From contig JAHFJJ010000002.1 of the NCBI GenBank assembly GCA_023245895.1, positions 3,348 through 67,347 on the forward strand: a DNA stretch of 64,000 nucleotides, given 5' to 3'. Shown piece after piece: positions 54,134 to 64,000 of this stretch. Each line of letters begins with the position of its first letter. The stretch's first letter is position 1. The notes below the pieces were generated by a model that searched no databases, had not been told where the DNA came from, and saw nothing but the letters and a program-made list of their open reading frames with translations. A program made the position numbers and the translations under genes. This DNA is from Candidatus Doudnabacteria bacterium (GTDB taxonomy: Bacteria; Patescibacteriota; Doudnabacteria; UBA920).

Positions 54134-55210
54134 TCAATCCGGTATTGGGGGGTGTTTGCGTTTGTAAACAACAACGGTTGTAAGGCCAAAAATAAGCATG
54201 ACTCCTGAAAGAATCAGCAGGGCAATAAGTTTGCCTTTAGACTGTAAAAAAACCGCGGTGCCGCCAAAAACAGCGGAAATGCCGTACAAAACCAGCACGG
54301 TCTGGCGGTGGGAAAGGCCTATATCCAGAAGCCTAAAATGCAGGTGCTGGCGGTCGCCTTTAAAGGGGCTGCGGCGATACCAGAGCCGCCTGGTTATAAC
54401 CCAGGCAACATCTAAAATTGGAATGCCCATAACCAGCAAAGCTGTGGCGATTTTGGCGCCCAAAATAATTGAGAGAACTCCCAGCATGAAGCCTAAAAAA
54501 GTGCTGCCGCTTTCGCCTAAAAATATGGACGCGGGATAAAAAGCATAAATTAAATAACCTAACAGCGCGCCGGAAAAAATTATGGCCAGGCTGGCGGTAA
54601 TGGGCTGGTTGACTTTTGGCCCGAGCGAAATTACAAACATGGTCAGCCCGCCTATTAGCGCTATGCCGGAGCACAGCCCGTCAAGGCCGTCCAGAAATTT
54701 AGTGGTAAAAATCATGCCCATCATCCAGAGCCAAACTAAAACAACTGACAATTGACAATTGACAATTGACAGCTTGAATGTGTAATCAATGCTAATAGGT
54801 GGTCCGCCGAAGGGGTTGGTAATGGATTTTATGCCCACGCCAATGCCCGACCAGACTACCATTAAAGAAGCCAGGGCCGGAAACAGCCATAAAATTTTTG
54901 GCGGCAGGTTAAATTTGTCGTCCAAAGCCCCGCCCACTACTAAAACCAGGCCTCCAAAAATAAGCCCCAGGAAAAATTTTAGCGGTACAATGTTAAAATC
55001 CGGCAAGCCGAATTTTAAATAAATTAAAACCGCTATTAAAAAACTCACATACACGGCCAGCCCGCCCAAAAGCGGCGTGGATTTTTGGTGGGTTTTTAGC
55101 GGCCGAACCGGAACGTCGATAATTTTAAGTACACCCGCGATTTTTTTAATTAGCGGGGTTATGGCAAGCGATAAAAAGGCGGCCAGTAAAAAATATAAAA
55201 GGTAAATCAT
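54134..55210 (-). CDS. Polyprenyl-phosphate GlcNAc-1-P transferase (WecA/TagO, MraY family)
   Basis: PLLGGLA, GALDD, FLDGLDGL, PASIFLGESGS, DRQHLHFRL. Confidence 0.9.
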   Translation of the reverse strand: MIYLLYFLLAAFLSLAITPLIKKIAGVLKIIDVPVRPLKTHQKSTPLLGGLAVYVSFLIAVLIYLKFGLPDFNIVPLKFFLGLIFGGLVLVVGGALDDKFNLPPKILWLFPALASLMVVWSGIGVGIKSITNPFGGPPISIDYTFKLSIVNCQLSVVLVWLWMMGMIFTTKFLDGLDGLCSGIALIGGLTMFVISLGPKVNQPITASLAIIFSGALLGYLIYAFYPASIFLGESGSTFLGFMLGVLSIILGAKIATALLVMGIPILDVAWVITRRLWYRRSPFKGDRQHLHFRLLDIGLSHRQTVLVLYGISAVFGGTAVFLQSKGKLIALLILSGVMLIFGLTTVVVYKRKHPPIPD

Positions 55211-57483
55211 ATAATAGAACCGATTTTTTTTCTTTTTGAAAAGATGAACATCAGTAGCCACAGTACCAGAGCCGCAAGCGAGATTTTTAAGCCCAAATAA
55301 AAACTTTTTGGATAATAGGAGACTTCCACTGTCCCCTGCCCCTGTTTGATTGGGAAAACCCTTAAGCCCAAACTATTTTGGGCCGGAACTTTTGAGCCGC
55401 CTTGAAAAGCGGCAAGCCAGCCCGGGTAGTAGTTGTCCGTAGTAATTAAATAGTTATCTGTTTTGCTGTTGTAAGATATTTTTTGTGAGCCATCTTCGCC
55501 AATTTCCAAGATTTGGCCCGTAAAAGCCGCGGGTGACGGATTTTGCATTAAATTATACAGCTGTCTGTCTACATCATCCAAAGTATCCGCCTTAATTGTA
55601 TAGGCCCTGGGCAAGCTTTGGTTTAAGCTTAACACACTATAATTTGAGTCGGCAAAAGCCAGCGTTAAATCTTGCGGATGTTTTTCCAGCATAAGCCTTC
55701 CTTCTTTGGGCGGGTATAAAAGGTATTTGACGCTTAAAAACCTTAACGCGTTTAAGTTGGGCTCGCCAAAAGTATATTCGGGCGAATAGTTGTAATTGGC
55801 CACGGCGCTTTTGAGTTTCTTGTTGCTTTTTAAATAGATGGTATCGTGGTCGTTTAGCTGGTTTATATGGTACCAGGTGCCGATGTTGGGTAACAGGTTG
55901 TCCCCGTATGTAAAAACCCGCGGGTAGCCGTTTGAGTATTGATTTGCCAAATAAGTTAAAGCCGGCTCGCTCGGGTAAAAATTTTGCGGCAGGGAGGTTT
56001 TGGTAAATACCATGCCATGGATTGTGGTTTCCGCAGCGATTAAAATAAACAAAGCTATTACGGCCCCTTTGGTTGGCAAGCCTTTTATTATAAAATAAGC
56101 GGCCGTCAAATTCATTATAAAAGCCGCAATCATTACCCACTGCCACAAGCTTACCGTGTGCCAGTCCAGACCGTGCGCGAAGGTCCAGGATTGTGTTGCT
56201 AACCTATTTACAATTATTACTACTCCGGCAAAAGCGCCCAAGATTAAGAATGCGCGATTATGGCGTTTTGGGCTTACGTCATTTTTTAATAGTCGTTCCA
56301 AGCCAAAAGCCCCTAGTATGCTTAGGCAAAAAGCCCATATGTACAGCAATCTATTGTTGTAGTTTAGGTTAAACCCGGGTAGTTTGTTTATAAGCTGGTA
56401 AATAAGCGGCGCGTGGTAAACCAGGGCCGCGGACATAAGCGCGCCGCCCAAAAAAAACCAGGTTTGTTTGGCAACTTTTTTCCCAAAAGCAAGCAAGCTT
56501 AAAATAAATCCGGACAGGCCAATGTAGCCTAAGGCGAGTTCGCCGTAGTTGGGCACCAGCAAATAGCTGAAATTTTTTACGCCGGTATTGCCGTAGAAGT
56601 CCGGAATCAGGTTTGCTAAAAATAAAAGCGGCGGGAGGAAGAAGGGGTTTTCCGTAAAGCCGGAGCGGTAATCCAGGTTGGCGCTTAGTTTTAAGTACTC
56701 CAAAAACGGCAGGACGGCTATTGCTGAAATAATTACGCCAAGAAAAAGTATTAAGGATATGAGTATGAGGGTTTTAATCCCCTGCTTCCAATTGGCCGTG
56801 ACCGTAAAAGATTTAAAAATCACATAGGCGTAAATGGCGCAGAATATATAAAAAAAAGTTTGGGGGTGGCCGGCAAACAGCCCGAGCGTGGTAACCGGCG
56901 CCAGCCACAGAGCAATCTTTGTACTCCTTGTGTTAAAGTAGCGTTCAATCAGCAGGAATGACAAAGGCAGGATTAGGATGACCGAGGTCAACGGCCACAA
57001 AAACCAAATCACATTGGCGTTGCAAAAGGCAAAAAGTATTGCTCCGGCAATGCCGGCGTAAAAAGAAAGTTTTAATTCGCGCAGGTACAAGTAAGTAAAC
57101 ATGCCCATTAGCCACAATTTTAAAAAGCTGTAAGCAACCAGGGCTAAGCGGAAGTTAAAAATATAAAACAGCCAGGTCAGCGGGAAAAATACGGCTGACT
57201 GCATATTGGCCATGAGCGGCAACCCCTGGCCGGAAAAAGTATTCCAAAAAGGAAAATGTCCGGAGCCTAAAATTTTCCCGGAAAGTTTATACCAGGGCAG
57301 TATTTGGGTGGTAATGTCCAAATAAGGCGCGACATAGCGGGTTGTGTCCACAGGCGCCATGTAGCGTCCTTGAAAAAAAGCCGGGGAAATAAAAATTAGG
57401 GCCAGCATGCTTAAAATAAGCGCCGCAGACCGGTTAGGATTTTTTATTATTTGAGTTTTCGCGTCCCCAAGGATTCTATTCAT
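55207..57483 (-). CDS. YfhO-family membrane protein (GT-C-like)
   Basis: PFWNTFSGQGLPLMAN.QSAVFFP, AGHPQ, C-terminal YYPGW...V.YYP.SF.LG. Confidence 0.85.
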   Translation of the reverse strand: MNRILGDAKTQIIKNPNRSAALILSMLALIFISPAFFQGRYMAPVDTTRYVAPYLDITTQILPWYKLSGKILGSGHFPFWNTFSGQGLPLMANMQSAVFFPLTWLFYIFNFRLALVAYSFLKLWLMGMFTYLYLRELKLSFYAGIAGAILFAFCNANVIWFLWPLTSVILILPLSFLLIERYFNTRSTKIALWLAPVTTLGLFAGHPQTFFYIFCAIYAYVIFKSFTVTANWKQGIKTLILISLILFLGVIISAIAVLPFLEYLKLSANLDYRSGFTENPFFLPPLLFLANLIPDFYGNTGVKNFSYLLVPNYGELALGYIGLSGFILSLLAFGKKVAKQTWFFLGGALMSAALVYHAPLIYQLINKLPGFNLNYNNRLLYIWAFCLSILGAFGLERLLKNDVSPKRHNRAFLILGAFAGVVIIVNRLATQSWTFAHGLDWHTVSLWQWVMIAAFIMNLTAAYFIIKGLPTKGAVIALFILIAAETTIHGMVFTKTSLPQNFYPSEPALTYLANQYSNGYPRVFTYGDNLLPNIGTWYHINQLNDHDTIYLKSNKKLKSAVANYNYSPEYTFGEPNLNALRFLSVKYLLYPPKEGRLMLEKHPQDLTLAFADSNYSVLSLNQSLPRAYTIKADTLDDVDRQLYNLMQNPSPAAFTGQILEIGEDGSQKISYNSKTDNYLITTDNYYPGWLAAFQGGSKVPAQNSLGLRVFPIKQGQGTVEVSYYPKSFYLGLKISLAALVLWLLMFIFSKRKKIGSII

Positions 57484-57489
57484 TGGTTA

Positions 57490-58896
57490 TTATTGGATTA
57501 AGTATAGACTTGACCCGGTAGTTAAAAGTAAACTTGATGTGTTAGGGAAATTTGGCTTCACTTCCGAAATAAGCAGGAATTTATCGACAGGTTTTGGGTC
57601 TGAATAACGCAAATAGTAAACCACCTGGTTGGCATAAAAAATAACCGCGGGCTTAGTCCCAAAAGTAGAATAGGCGTAAACCGGCAAAGACGGACTGGTA
57701 TTTTTTAAATAGAGTCCAATAGCCTTGCTGTTGGCGAGGTAAGGATCCTGGATTTTTGCGTGCCTGTAATTATTGTACATTAAGCCTGAAAATAAAAATA
57801 ATCCGCAGGCTGTCCATAACCATGATTTGGCAATAAGGCTGCTTTTATTTTCAAAAAAACCAAACAAATGGCTCAAAGTTACTGAAACAAGAATAATAAG
57901 AAAAGGATAAATTACCAGAATGTAAGCAGAGAGCTTGGTTTGGGCAAAACTAAAAAATAAAAATATAAACAAAACAGAAGTCGCTACTAATAAGTAAGGC
58001 TTGCTTTTTTTATATATTTTGTAAAGGAAGTATGCAAGCGAGGGTAGGCTTAAAAATAATAATGCTTTTTGCGCCAGCAGGGTTCGCCAATAAAACCAAA
58101 AGCCCCCTTGGTTGCCTTCCAGGCCCGTTGTGTAGCGCTTAATTAGATGGTATGAGAAGTACTGGTCCCAAAAAGTTTTGCCAAAGCGAACAGTTTCAAT
58201 AACATGCCAAGGAAGGGTGATAACCAAAAAGAGGATAAAACCTATCCAAAAATTTTTTTCTTTTAGGTAATGCCAGTCATGGGCTGTAAGTGAGCATATC
58301 CCTATTATAGGAAGCGGCAGTAATCCAATAACGCTCTTAGCCATAACTCCTAAGCCCAGAGCCGCCCAAAAAAAGTAAAAATAGTAATAATTTTTTTTGC
58401 TTTGCCAAAAACAAAATAAGGCCGCTAAAATAAAAAAGCTTACTGGTGTATCAAATTGCAAAATACCCGCGTTGTTAACAAACTGAAAAGCAATGAAATA
58501 ACAGGCCAGGCTTAATAGCGCCGCCGCGCGCGACTGAAAAATTTTTAAAACAAAATAAAAAGTCAGGGCTACTGTTGCCAGGGCAAATACGGCTATCCAT
58601 ATTCTGGCGGCAAATTCGTTTATGCCAAAGGTTTCGTAGGCTAGCATGGTTAGCCAAACCATGAGCGGCGGTTTTTCAAACCACATTTGGGACCTGTAAA
58701 GGCCAAGGTTGCCCATCCAGGTTAGATTAAGCGGGTGGTGTTGCAATAGCGATTCTTGGGCCACTTGCGCGTAAATGCTTTCGTCGTAATCGCTAAGCGG
58801 CCTTTGTCCGAGTTTAAAGAAAAATATAAACGCTAAAATAGCCAGTAAACAGGCTGAAACAATAACAAATTTTTTGTTGTCTAAAAAGTTTTCCAC
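57490..58896 (-). CDS. ArnT/PMT-family (GT39/GT83-like) glycosyltransferase
   Basis: DYDESIYAQVA, WFEKPPL, FGINEFAAR, LGVMAK. Confidence 0.9.
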   Translation of the reverse strand: MENFLDNKKFVIVSACLLAILAFIFFFKLGQRPLSDYDESIYAQVAQESLLQHHPLNLTWMGNLGLYRSQMWFEKPPLMVWLTMLAYETFGINEFAARIWIAVFALATVALTFYFVLKIFQSRAAALLSLACYFIAFQFVNNAGILQFDTPVSFFILAALFCFWQSKKNYYYFYFFWAALGLGVMAKSVIGLLPLPIIGICSLTAHDWHYLKEKNFWIGFILFLVITLPWHVIETVRFGKTFWDQYFSYHLIKRYTTGLEGNQGGFWFYWRTLLAQKALLFLSLPSLAYFLYKIYKKSKPYLLVATSVLFIFLFFSFAQTKLSAYILVIYPFLIILVSVTLSHLFGFFENKSSLIAKSWLWTACGLFLFSGLMYNNYRHAKIQDPYLANSKAIGLYLKNTSPSLPVYAYSTFGTKPAVIFYANQVVYYLRYSDPKPVDKFLLISEVKPNFPNTSSLLLTTGSSLYLIQ

Positions 58897-60774
58897 TTAA
58901 TAAGCTGTCTCCCCTGTTATGTCCGAGCCGCCAAGCTTTTGCCTGAAGTATGCCCTAATTTCGTTGGTGCCCAGTAAGTTTTTGATTTTTTGTTTTAATT
59001 TCCCCAAGGTTGTTAGTGGTTGGGCCGCGCTTTGGGGCGAAGTTTGTACTAGAGGCTGAATTTGAAACAAGTCTTGTCGGTTAGGATAAAATCCTAGAAA
59101 TATGTCGCTTAAATTTTGGAGTTCGGACGCGGTTAAGTTACGCGTCTTTTTTAAAATTTTTACCATCACTCCGCCATCCAGGGTAAATTGCTTAGGCAAA
59201 ATTTGGTAAGCCGAGCCAATGGAATTTTTGTCCAGTAATTTTTCCTGCAATACCCACACCACCCTTTGGTCATTTGGGAGCAAGTGCGTTTGGGGCGGAT
59301 CGGCAACCAAAACAAAATCTGTCTGTAAAAATTGCCTGGGGAAGCCGTCGCGCAGGTCCACATTATTCGCCGGGATGATATTATCGCAAATTCTTACGTA
59401 ATCTAGCTTAAAGTATCGGCAGGAGTTGCGCACAACGTCGTCATTTAAAACAACCGAGCTGGCATCCACATACAACTTAGCGCCTTGCGGCATAGTTTTA
59501 TCAAGGTAACTTAATAGTGCGGCTATTTGAGTTTGGTCGTTGCGCTGTAAAGGGTAGTGTTGGGCGCCGGCCATTAAGTGGGCCGGCCGGACGATAAACT
59601 TAAACTCTGGAATTAGCCCCTGCAAAAAATTCAACAATGAGACACTAACAAAAAAAGAGGTTAAAAAAATTTTCCAGAAAATTTTTATTTCAGCTTGCCA
59701 AACATAAAAAATGAAAAGCGATTCAAACAGGACAGCTACAGGGATAAATTGGTAATAGAAGTGGAGGTCTATCAGCTGGACCCTGGCAAAAAGCAGCAAG
59801 GCAATCAGGCTTTGTAAAAAAATAATCTGGGTCACTCCCCTGGTTTTGGTATTTTTGAGGGCTAAGACCAAGCCGGCAGCGCTAAAAAGCAAGGTAATCC
59901 AGCCAAAATGGTAAGCCGCGGCCAAGATTACCTGCCAGGTGGAATTGCCGGCTTTAAAGGCCTGGAACATGCTGGCATAATTGTCGGTCAGCATTTGCTT
60001 GGCAACGGGCGCGCCGAATGCCAGCAAAAAAAAGCTTGAAGCCAGGCCGCAAATAAAAATATTTTTAATATCCCAAAACGGCTTTTGTTTTTTTATTTTG
60101 GAGTAAAGCCAGGCTAAAAAAATTGCCGGAAAAAAACTAAAAGACCAGTAAGCCAGCCAGCGGCGGGTAAAAATCAGCAGGGTCAATAGTATGCCTAGCC
60201 CAATGGCTTTTTGCGCGGTTTTTTTTGTTTGGTCAGAAGAAAGTAATAGCCAAATGCCGGCAATGGCAATTAAAGCGGCTACGTCAAAAAAACCCAGGAG
60301 CAAAGGGACCCAAAATTGCGGCGCCAACAAAATTATTGCCATTGGCATGAGCGCGGCCAGCCATTTTTTTTTGCCGCTGGCCCCGGTTAGGCGCGCGAAA
60401 ACCAAGCCCAATAAAAAAGCAGCAGGCAGGGCAAAAACATTGAGGACTGAAAATAAAAAAACAGCGCGGCCGGTGCCGAACATTAAGCCGAGGGGTGCAA
60501 TAATTAAAGGGGCGAGCAGGCTGTATTGGGTAAAAGCAATGGAATAAAAAGCCGCCCCTAACGCGGGAAAAATCCCATCCCGCAGTTTGCCAACCGTAAA
60601 AATAAAATGGTTATGGTAAGCAGACCAGTCCCAAAAATAAATAAACCTTTCCTGGCGGTAAAATTGGTACAAAAATAAATTGGCGCCGCCAATAAGTAAA
60701 ACCAAGACGGCCAAAAAAATATAATTGTCCTTAATCCAATTTTTAAAATGGTGTTGGTAGGCCGATAAGTTCAT
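58897..60774 (-). CDS. Multi-pass membrane protein, probable GT-C glycosyltransferase
   Basis: YFWDW motif after the first TM, ~11 TM helices, soluble C-terminal domain; cluster context. Confidence 0.65.
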   Translation of the reverse strand: MNLSAYQHHFKNWIKDNYIFLAVLVLLIGGANLFLYQFYRQERFIYFWDWSAYHNHFIFTVGKLRDGIFPALGAAFYSIAFTQYSLLAPLIIAPLGLMFGTGRAVFLFSVLNVFALPAAFLLGLVFARLTGASGKKKWLAALMPMAIILLAPQFWVPLLLGFFDVAALIAIAGIWLLLSSDQTKKTAQKAIGLGILLTLLIFTRRWLAYWSFSFFPAIFLAWLYSKIKKQKPFWDIKNIFICGLASSFFLLAFGAPVAKQMLTDNYASMFQAFKAGNSTWQVILAAAYHFGWITLLFSAAGLVLALKNTKTRGVTQIIFLQSLIALLLFARVQLIDLHFYYQFIPVAVLFESLFIFYVWQAEIKIFWKIFLTSFFVSVSLLNFLQGLIPEFKFIVRPAHLMAGAQHYPLQRNDQTQIAALLSYLDKTMPQGAKLYVDASSVVLNDDVVRNSCRYFKLDYVRICDNIIPANNVDLRDGFPRQFLQTDFVLVADPPQTHLLPNDQRVVWVLQEKLLDKNSIGSAYQILPKQFTLDGGVMVKILKKTRNLTASELQNLSDIFLGFYPNRQDLFQIQPLVQTSPQSAAQPLTTLGKLKQKIKNLLGTNEIRAYFRQKLGGSDITGETAY

Positions 60775-60854
60775 ATAAAATCATTTTAATTATAGCAGAA
60801 ATCATGCCGTGGGCGTATGGGCAAAAGCTGCAAAAAATGCTAATATTTCCCTAT

Positions 60855-63014
60855 ATGCCCTACGATTTAAGCGTAATAGTCCCGGTCTACAATGAAAAAA
60901 ATACCATTCTTGAGCTGTTAGGTAAGTTGGTTTCCGCGCCCGCGCTTTTGAATTATTCCTGCCAGTTTATTATTGTTAATGACGGAAGCGCGGATGGCAC
61001 ATCCGACTTAATAAAGAATTCACCTTACTCAGAAGATAGTCGGTTTGTTATTTTATCGCATTCAAAAAATCAGGGCAAAGGAGCGGCAATCCGCACGGGC
61101 TTAGCAAGCGCTTTGGGTAAATATACCATTGTGCAAGACGCCGATTTGGAATACGATCCAAATGACATTGCTTTACTTTTGGAGCACGCCGGTAAAAATA
61201 ATTTAATTACTGTCTTTGGTTCGCGCAATATGAGAGGCCAGAACCAAAAAGGCGCTTTTGCTTTTTATTGGGGAGGCAAAGCCCTGACTTGGCTTACCAA
61301 CTTGCTGTTTTTACAAAATATTACGGATGAACCGACCTGCTATAAATTGGTGAGGACAGATGTGCTAAAAAGTTTGCCGCTGGCCTGTGAGCGGTTTGAG
61401 TTTTGTCCTGAACTTACGGCCTTGCTCGCCAAGCAGGGAGTAAAAATTACGGAACTTCCAATTTCCTATTTTCCCCGCGGGAGGCAGCAAGGCAAGAAAA
61501 TTGGCGCCATCGACTGGCTGGAAGCGGTTTGGACTTTGCTGCGTTTGAGGGTTGATGCAAAGAAAGACTGGCTCTTGGCCGGCCTGCTTTTTTTATTCGT
61601 TGGCTTTTGGTATATGGCAACCTGGAACCATAACCTACAGGGCTACGAGACGGAAACCGCACAGTCGGCTTTACTCCTGTCTTCCGGAAGCTACCAAATT
61701 TTCCGCGCTGGCGCTGGCGCCGTGCTAATGTATTTGCCGTTTATTGTTTTGGGCAAGTTGCTTTATCCGCAAAATGTAATGGCATTTTTAACTGTTGCGC
61801 CTATTTTTTACAGCGCTTTATGTTCCGCAGTTTTGTACTTTGTAATTAGAGAGCTTACTTTTAAAAAATCCATAGCTTTAATTTTAGCCCTGTTAATTTC
61901 TTTTGCCAGTTTAATGTGGCCGTACAGCAGGGTTGGCATGGAATACCAGACCATGCTTTGGCTATGTGTTTTATTTTTGTCTTTGCTCGTTTGGCGTAAA
62001 AATTTACCTTTGCCGTGGCTTGTGGGAGCGGCTTTGGCCATACTGGCATTTTCAAAATCCTACGGGGTAATTTTTGTTTTGCCTAGTTTGCTTTTTATAG
62101 CTTTGGAACTTTGGAAAAAAAATCAAATAAGACAATTATTTAAAGCCGGTTTTTTAACGGCCCTTTTTGGCCCCACAGTTTTAGCATTGGCCGCGGGTTT
62201 GGGCCTGAATTTAATTATTTTCGGCAGGACTGCGGGAGCCTATAATTTGGCCCAGGAATTCCAGGTTTGGAGCTGGTGGGAAGGCTTTTTCGGGACTTTT
62301 TTTTCAGCAGGAAAAAGTATTGTATTTTACAGCCCCCTGCTTATTGTAGCCTTATGGTACTGGAAGAAATTTTGGCAAAAAGAAATTTCTTCTTCGGTTT
62401 TTATTTTAAGCAGTTTTTTATTGTTGCTCTTTATTACCGCTCCTTTTAGTTTTTGGAGCGATGAAACTTTAAGCGTCAGGAAGTTAATGCCCGTCATTCC
62501 CCTGCTCCATCTGCCTTTGGTTTACGCGCTTGAAGAGCCGGTTTGGGGCAAGCTAAAAAAAGCCGGCTTTGCTTTGATAATTTGCGCCTCGCTGTATTTC
62601 CAGTTTATTAATACGCTGTATCCTTATTGGCTGCAGCTTGTAATGTTCCGCCCTTATAACTTAGACACTTTAACGGCCATCCGCTATAACCCGAAGCTTT
62701 CGGCTTTGGCTGTAAACAACCGGCTGCTTTTTTCCTATCTTAACAGGATAGAAACCGGGAAAAGTAAAAATTTTTATTACCAGGAACGCAGTTGGATGCG
62801 CTGCTGCACGGGAGCGCCGAGCGGCGACCCTTTTTTAAGCAGGATGAATTTTAGTTTATCAGCTTTCGATTTGCCCGATATTTATTTGGTTCAGGGAAAA
62901 AGCAAAAAATCAAAAATAATTTATTTGGGGCTAGACGCTTTGGGCCTGGTAGTAGTCGGCAGTTTTTTGGGTATAAATATAATAAACAGGCGCAAAGAAG
63001 AACATGCCGGGTAA
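60855..63014 (+). CDS. GT2 (polyprenol-P-sugar synthase-like) fused to a multi-pass GT-C-like domain
   Basis: VIVPVYNE, VNDGSADGT, NQGKGAA, QDADLEYDP, ELPISYFPR..GKK; then many TMs with GKSIVFYSP. Confidence 0.85.
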   Translation: MPYDLSVIVPVYNEKNTILELLGKLVSAPALLNYSCQFIIVNDGSADGTSDLIKNSPYSEDSRFVILSHSKNQGKGAAIRTGLASALGKYTIVQDADLEYDPNDIALLLEHAGKNNLITVFGSRNMRGQNQKGAFAFYWGGKALTWLTNLLFLQNITDEPTCYKLVRTDVLKSLPLACERFEFCPELTALLAKQGVKITELPISYFPRGRQQGKKIGAIDWLEAVWTLLRLRVDAKKDWLLAGLLFLFVGFWYMATWNHNLQGYETETAQSALLLSSGSYQIFRAGAGAVLMYLPFIVLGKLLYPQNVMAFLTVAPIFYSALCSAVLYFVIRELTFKKSIALILALLISFASLMWPYSRVGMEYQTMLWLCVLFLSLLVWRKNLPLPWLVGAALAILAFSKSYGVIFVLPSLLFIALELWKKNQIRQLFKAGFLTALFGPTVLALAAGLGLNLIIFGRTAGAYNLAQEFQVWSWWEGFFGTFFSAGKSIVFYSPLLIVALWYWKKFWQKEISSSVFILSSFLLLLFITAPFSFWSDETLSVRKLMPVIPLLHLPLVYALEEPVWGKLKKAGFALIICASLYFQFINTLYPYWLQLVMFRPYNLDTLTAIRYNPKLSALAVNNRLLFSYLNRIETGKSKNFYYQERSWMRCCTGAPSGDPFLSRMNFSLSAFDLPDIYLVQGKSKKSKIIYLGLDALGLVVVGSFLGINIINRRKEEHAG

Positions 63015-64000
63015 TTTCCTAAAAAAATTTGAGAATATTTACGGCTATTTATTTTTCGCGCTTTTGGCAGCATCCCTGGTTTTTTTAAGAAAACCGGAAA
63101 CTCTTTTACACGCCCAGCTGTGGGCCGAGGACGGGAAGATTTGGTTTGCCCAGGCTTATAATATTGGCGCGTTTAAAAGTTTGCTAATATCGGACGGCGG
63201 GTATTTCCAAACTTTTTCCCGGCTTGCCGCTGCGTTGGGTTTGCTTGTGCCTTTAAGCAAAGTGCCTTTGCTTTTGAATTCTATAGAATTTTTACTTCAG
63301 CTCTCGCCAGCCTTGCTGTTGCTCACGCCCAGGTTGAAAAATATCGGGCCCAAAATCCAAAGCCGTTTACTTTTGGCCGGACTTTACCTGTTGTTGCCTA
63401 ATACCGCGGAACTTGACGGGCACATAACCAGCTCCCAATGGTATTTGGCTGTCCTGGCATTTTTGGTATTGGTCGCCTCGCCTGCCGTAAAAAACAAATT
63501 GTGGCAATTTTTTGACGCTGTTGTCCTGCTCTTAAGCGGCCTGACCGGCACGTTCGCCATTTTTTTAATCCCCGTAGCGGCTGTACTTTATAAAACCAGG
63601 CGCGGATTCCACAGCGGCTTAAATTTATGCTTAATTTTTTTTGCCGGGGTTTTGCAGGCAGCCAGCGTATTTTTGCTGTCCCACGAAAACCGCGTGCACG
63701 TTTTGCCCGAACTAACGGCAAAATTATTTTTCGCGATTTTCAGCAGGCAAGTGGTTTGGGGCTTGCTAAGCGGGGCCAGGGGTTATTTAATAATTTTAAG
63801 CCAGGGATGGCTTATCCCTTTGGCATCGGTTTTGGCCATAGTAGTAATAATTTACGCTTTGGTTAAAGGGCCTCTTGAATTAAAATTATTTTTAGTTTTT
63901 GGCCTGGCTATATTTGCCGCCAGCTTAATTACCCCCACAAAAGCGGCGCTCTCTTACCCAATTTTAAAAGTCCTGTCCCGCTCCACAGACGGCATCCGCT
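63004..64000 (+). CDS. Partial multi-pass glycosyltransferase (Gtr-type), runs off the window
   Basis: Manual translation MPGNFLKKFENIYGYLFFALLAASLVFLRKPETLLHAQLWAEDGKIWFAQAYN...; WAEDG motif. Confidence 0.7.
   Translation, partial: MPGNFLKKFENIYGYLFFALLAASLVFLRKPETLLHAQLWAEDGKIWFAQAYNIGAFKSLLISDGGYFQTFSRLAAALGLLVPLSKVPLLLNSIEFLLQLSPALLLLTPRLKNIGPKIQSRLLLAGLYLLLPNTAELDGHITSSQWYLAVLAFLVLVASPAVKNKLWQFFDAVVLLLSGLTGTFAIFLIPVAAVLYKTRRGFHSGLNLCLIFFAGVLQAASVFLLSHENRVHVLPELTAKLFFAIFSRQVVWGLLSGARGYLIILSQGWLIPLASVLAIVVIIYALVKGPLELKLFLVFGLAIFAASLITPTKAALSYPILKVLSRSTDGIR

Noticed and set aside
63398-63866. ORF-track calls 63398-63721 (-) and 63627-63866 (+)
   Set aside because: Shadows of the long + strand membrane ORF starting at 63004, which has no stop inside the window
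1-64000. Alternative genetic code (UGA read as Gly or Trp)
   Set aside because: Conserved genes are full length under code 11 and several end at TGA

Overview
Chromosomal segment of a small-genome bacterium, inferred to be Patescibacteria/CPR-like from its short EF-Ts, ThrS without the N-terminal TGS region, SD-less housekeeping genes and GT-C glycosylation cluster; standard code 11. Housekeeping content: tRNA-Trp/Thr/Tyr/Thr, rpmG, ahcY, tsf, rpsB, rpmE, prfA, prmC, rplY, rodA, dnaE, thrS, map, two NMP kinases, cysS, dnaB, recR, rplU and a cell-surface glycosylation cluster. The standout is a ~15 kb minus-strand locus (8958-24043) just downstream of tRNA-Thr(GGU): a MoxR/AAA_5-type ATPase and a HExxH+VWA protein bracket 13 tandem paralogous ~270-aa genes. 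These have conserved termini, highly divergent cores, near-identical DNA junctions and a C-terminal P-x-x-K-x-F tag that the ATPase also carries. Other notable signals: an intact tRNA-Thr(UGU) nested in the anticodon of a second, insertion-riddled tRNA-Thr(UGU); a 274-bp GIY-YIG-only element with 12-bp TIRs and a 5-bp target duplication; two more small endonucleases framed by their own palindromic repeat families; GTAG-type palindromes inserted in frame in dnaE and prmC; a candidate sRNA convergent on a NYN nuclease; and a GC-rich micro-ORF transcription unit. All calls are by eye from motifs; no database search was run.
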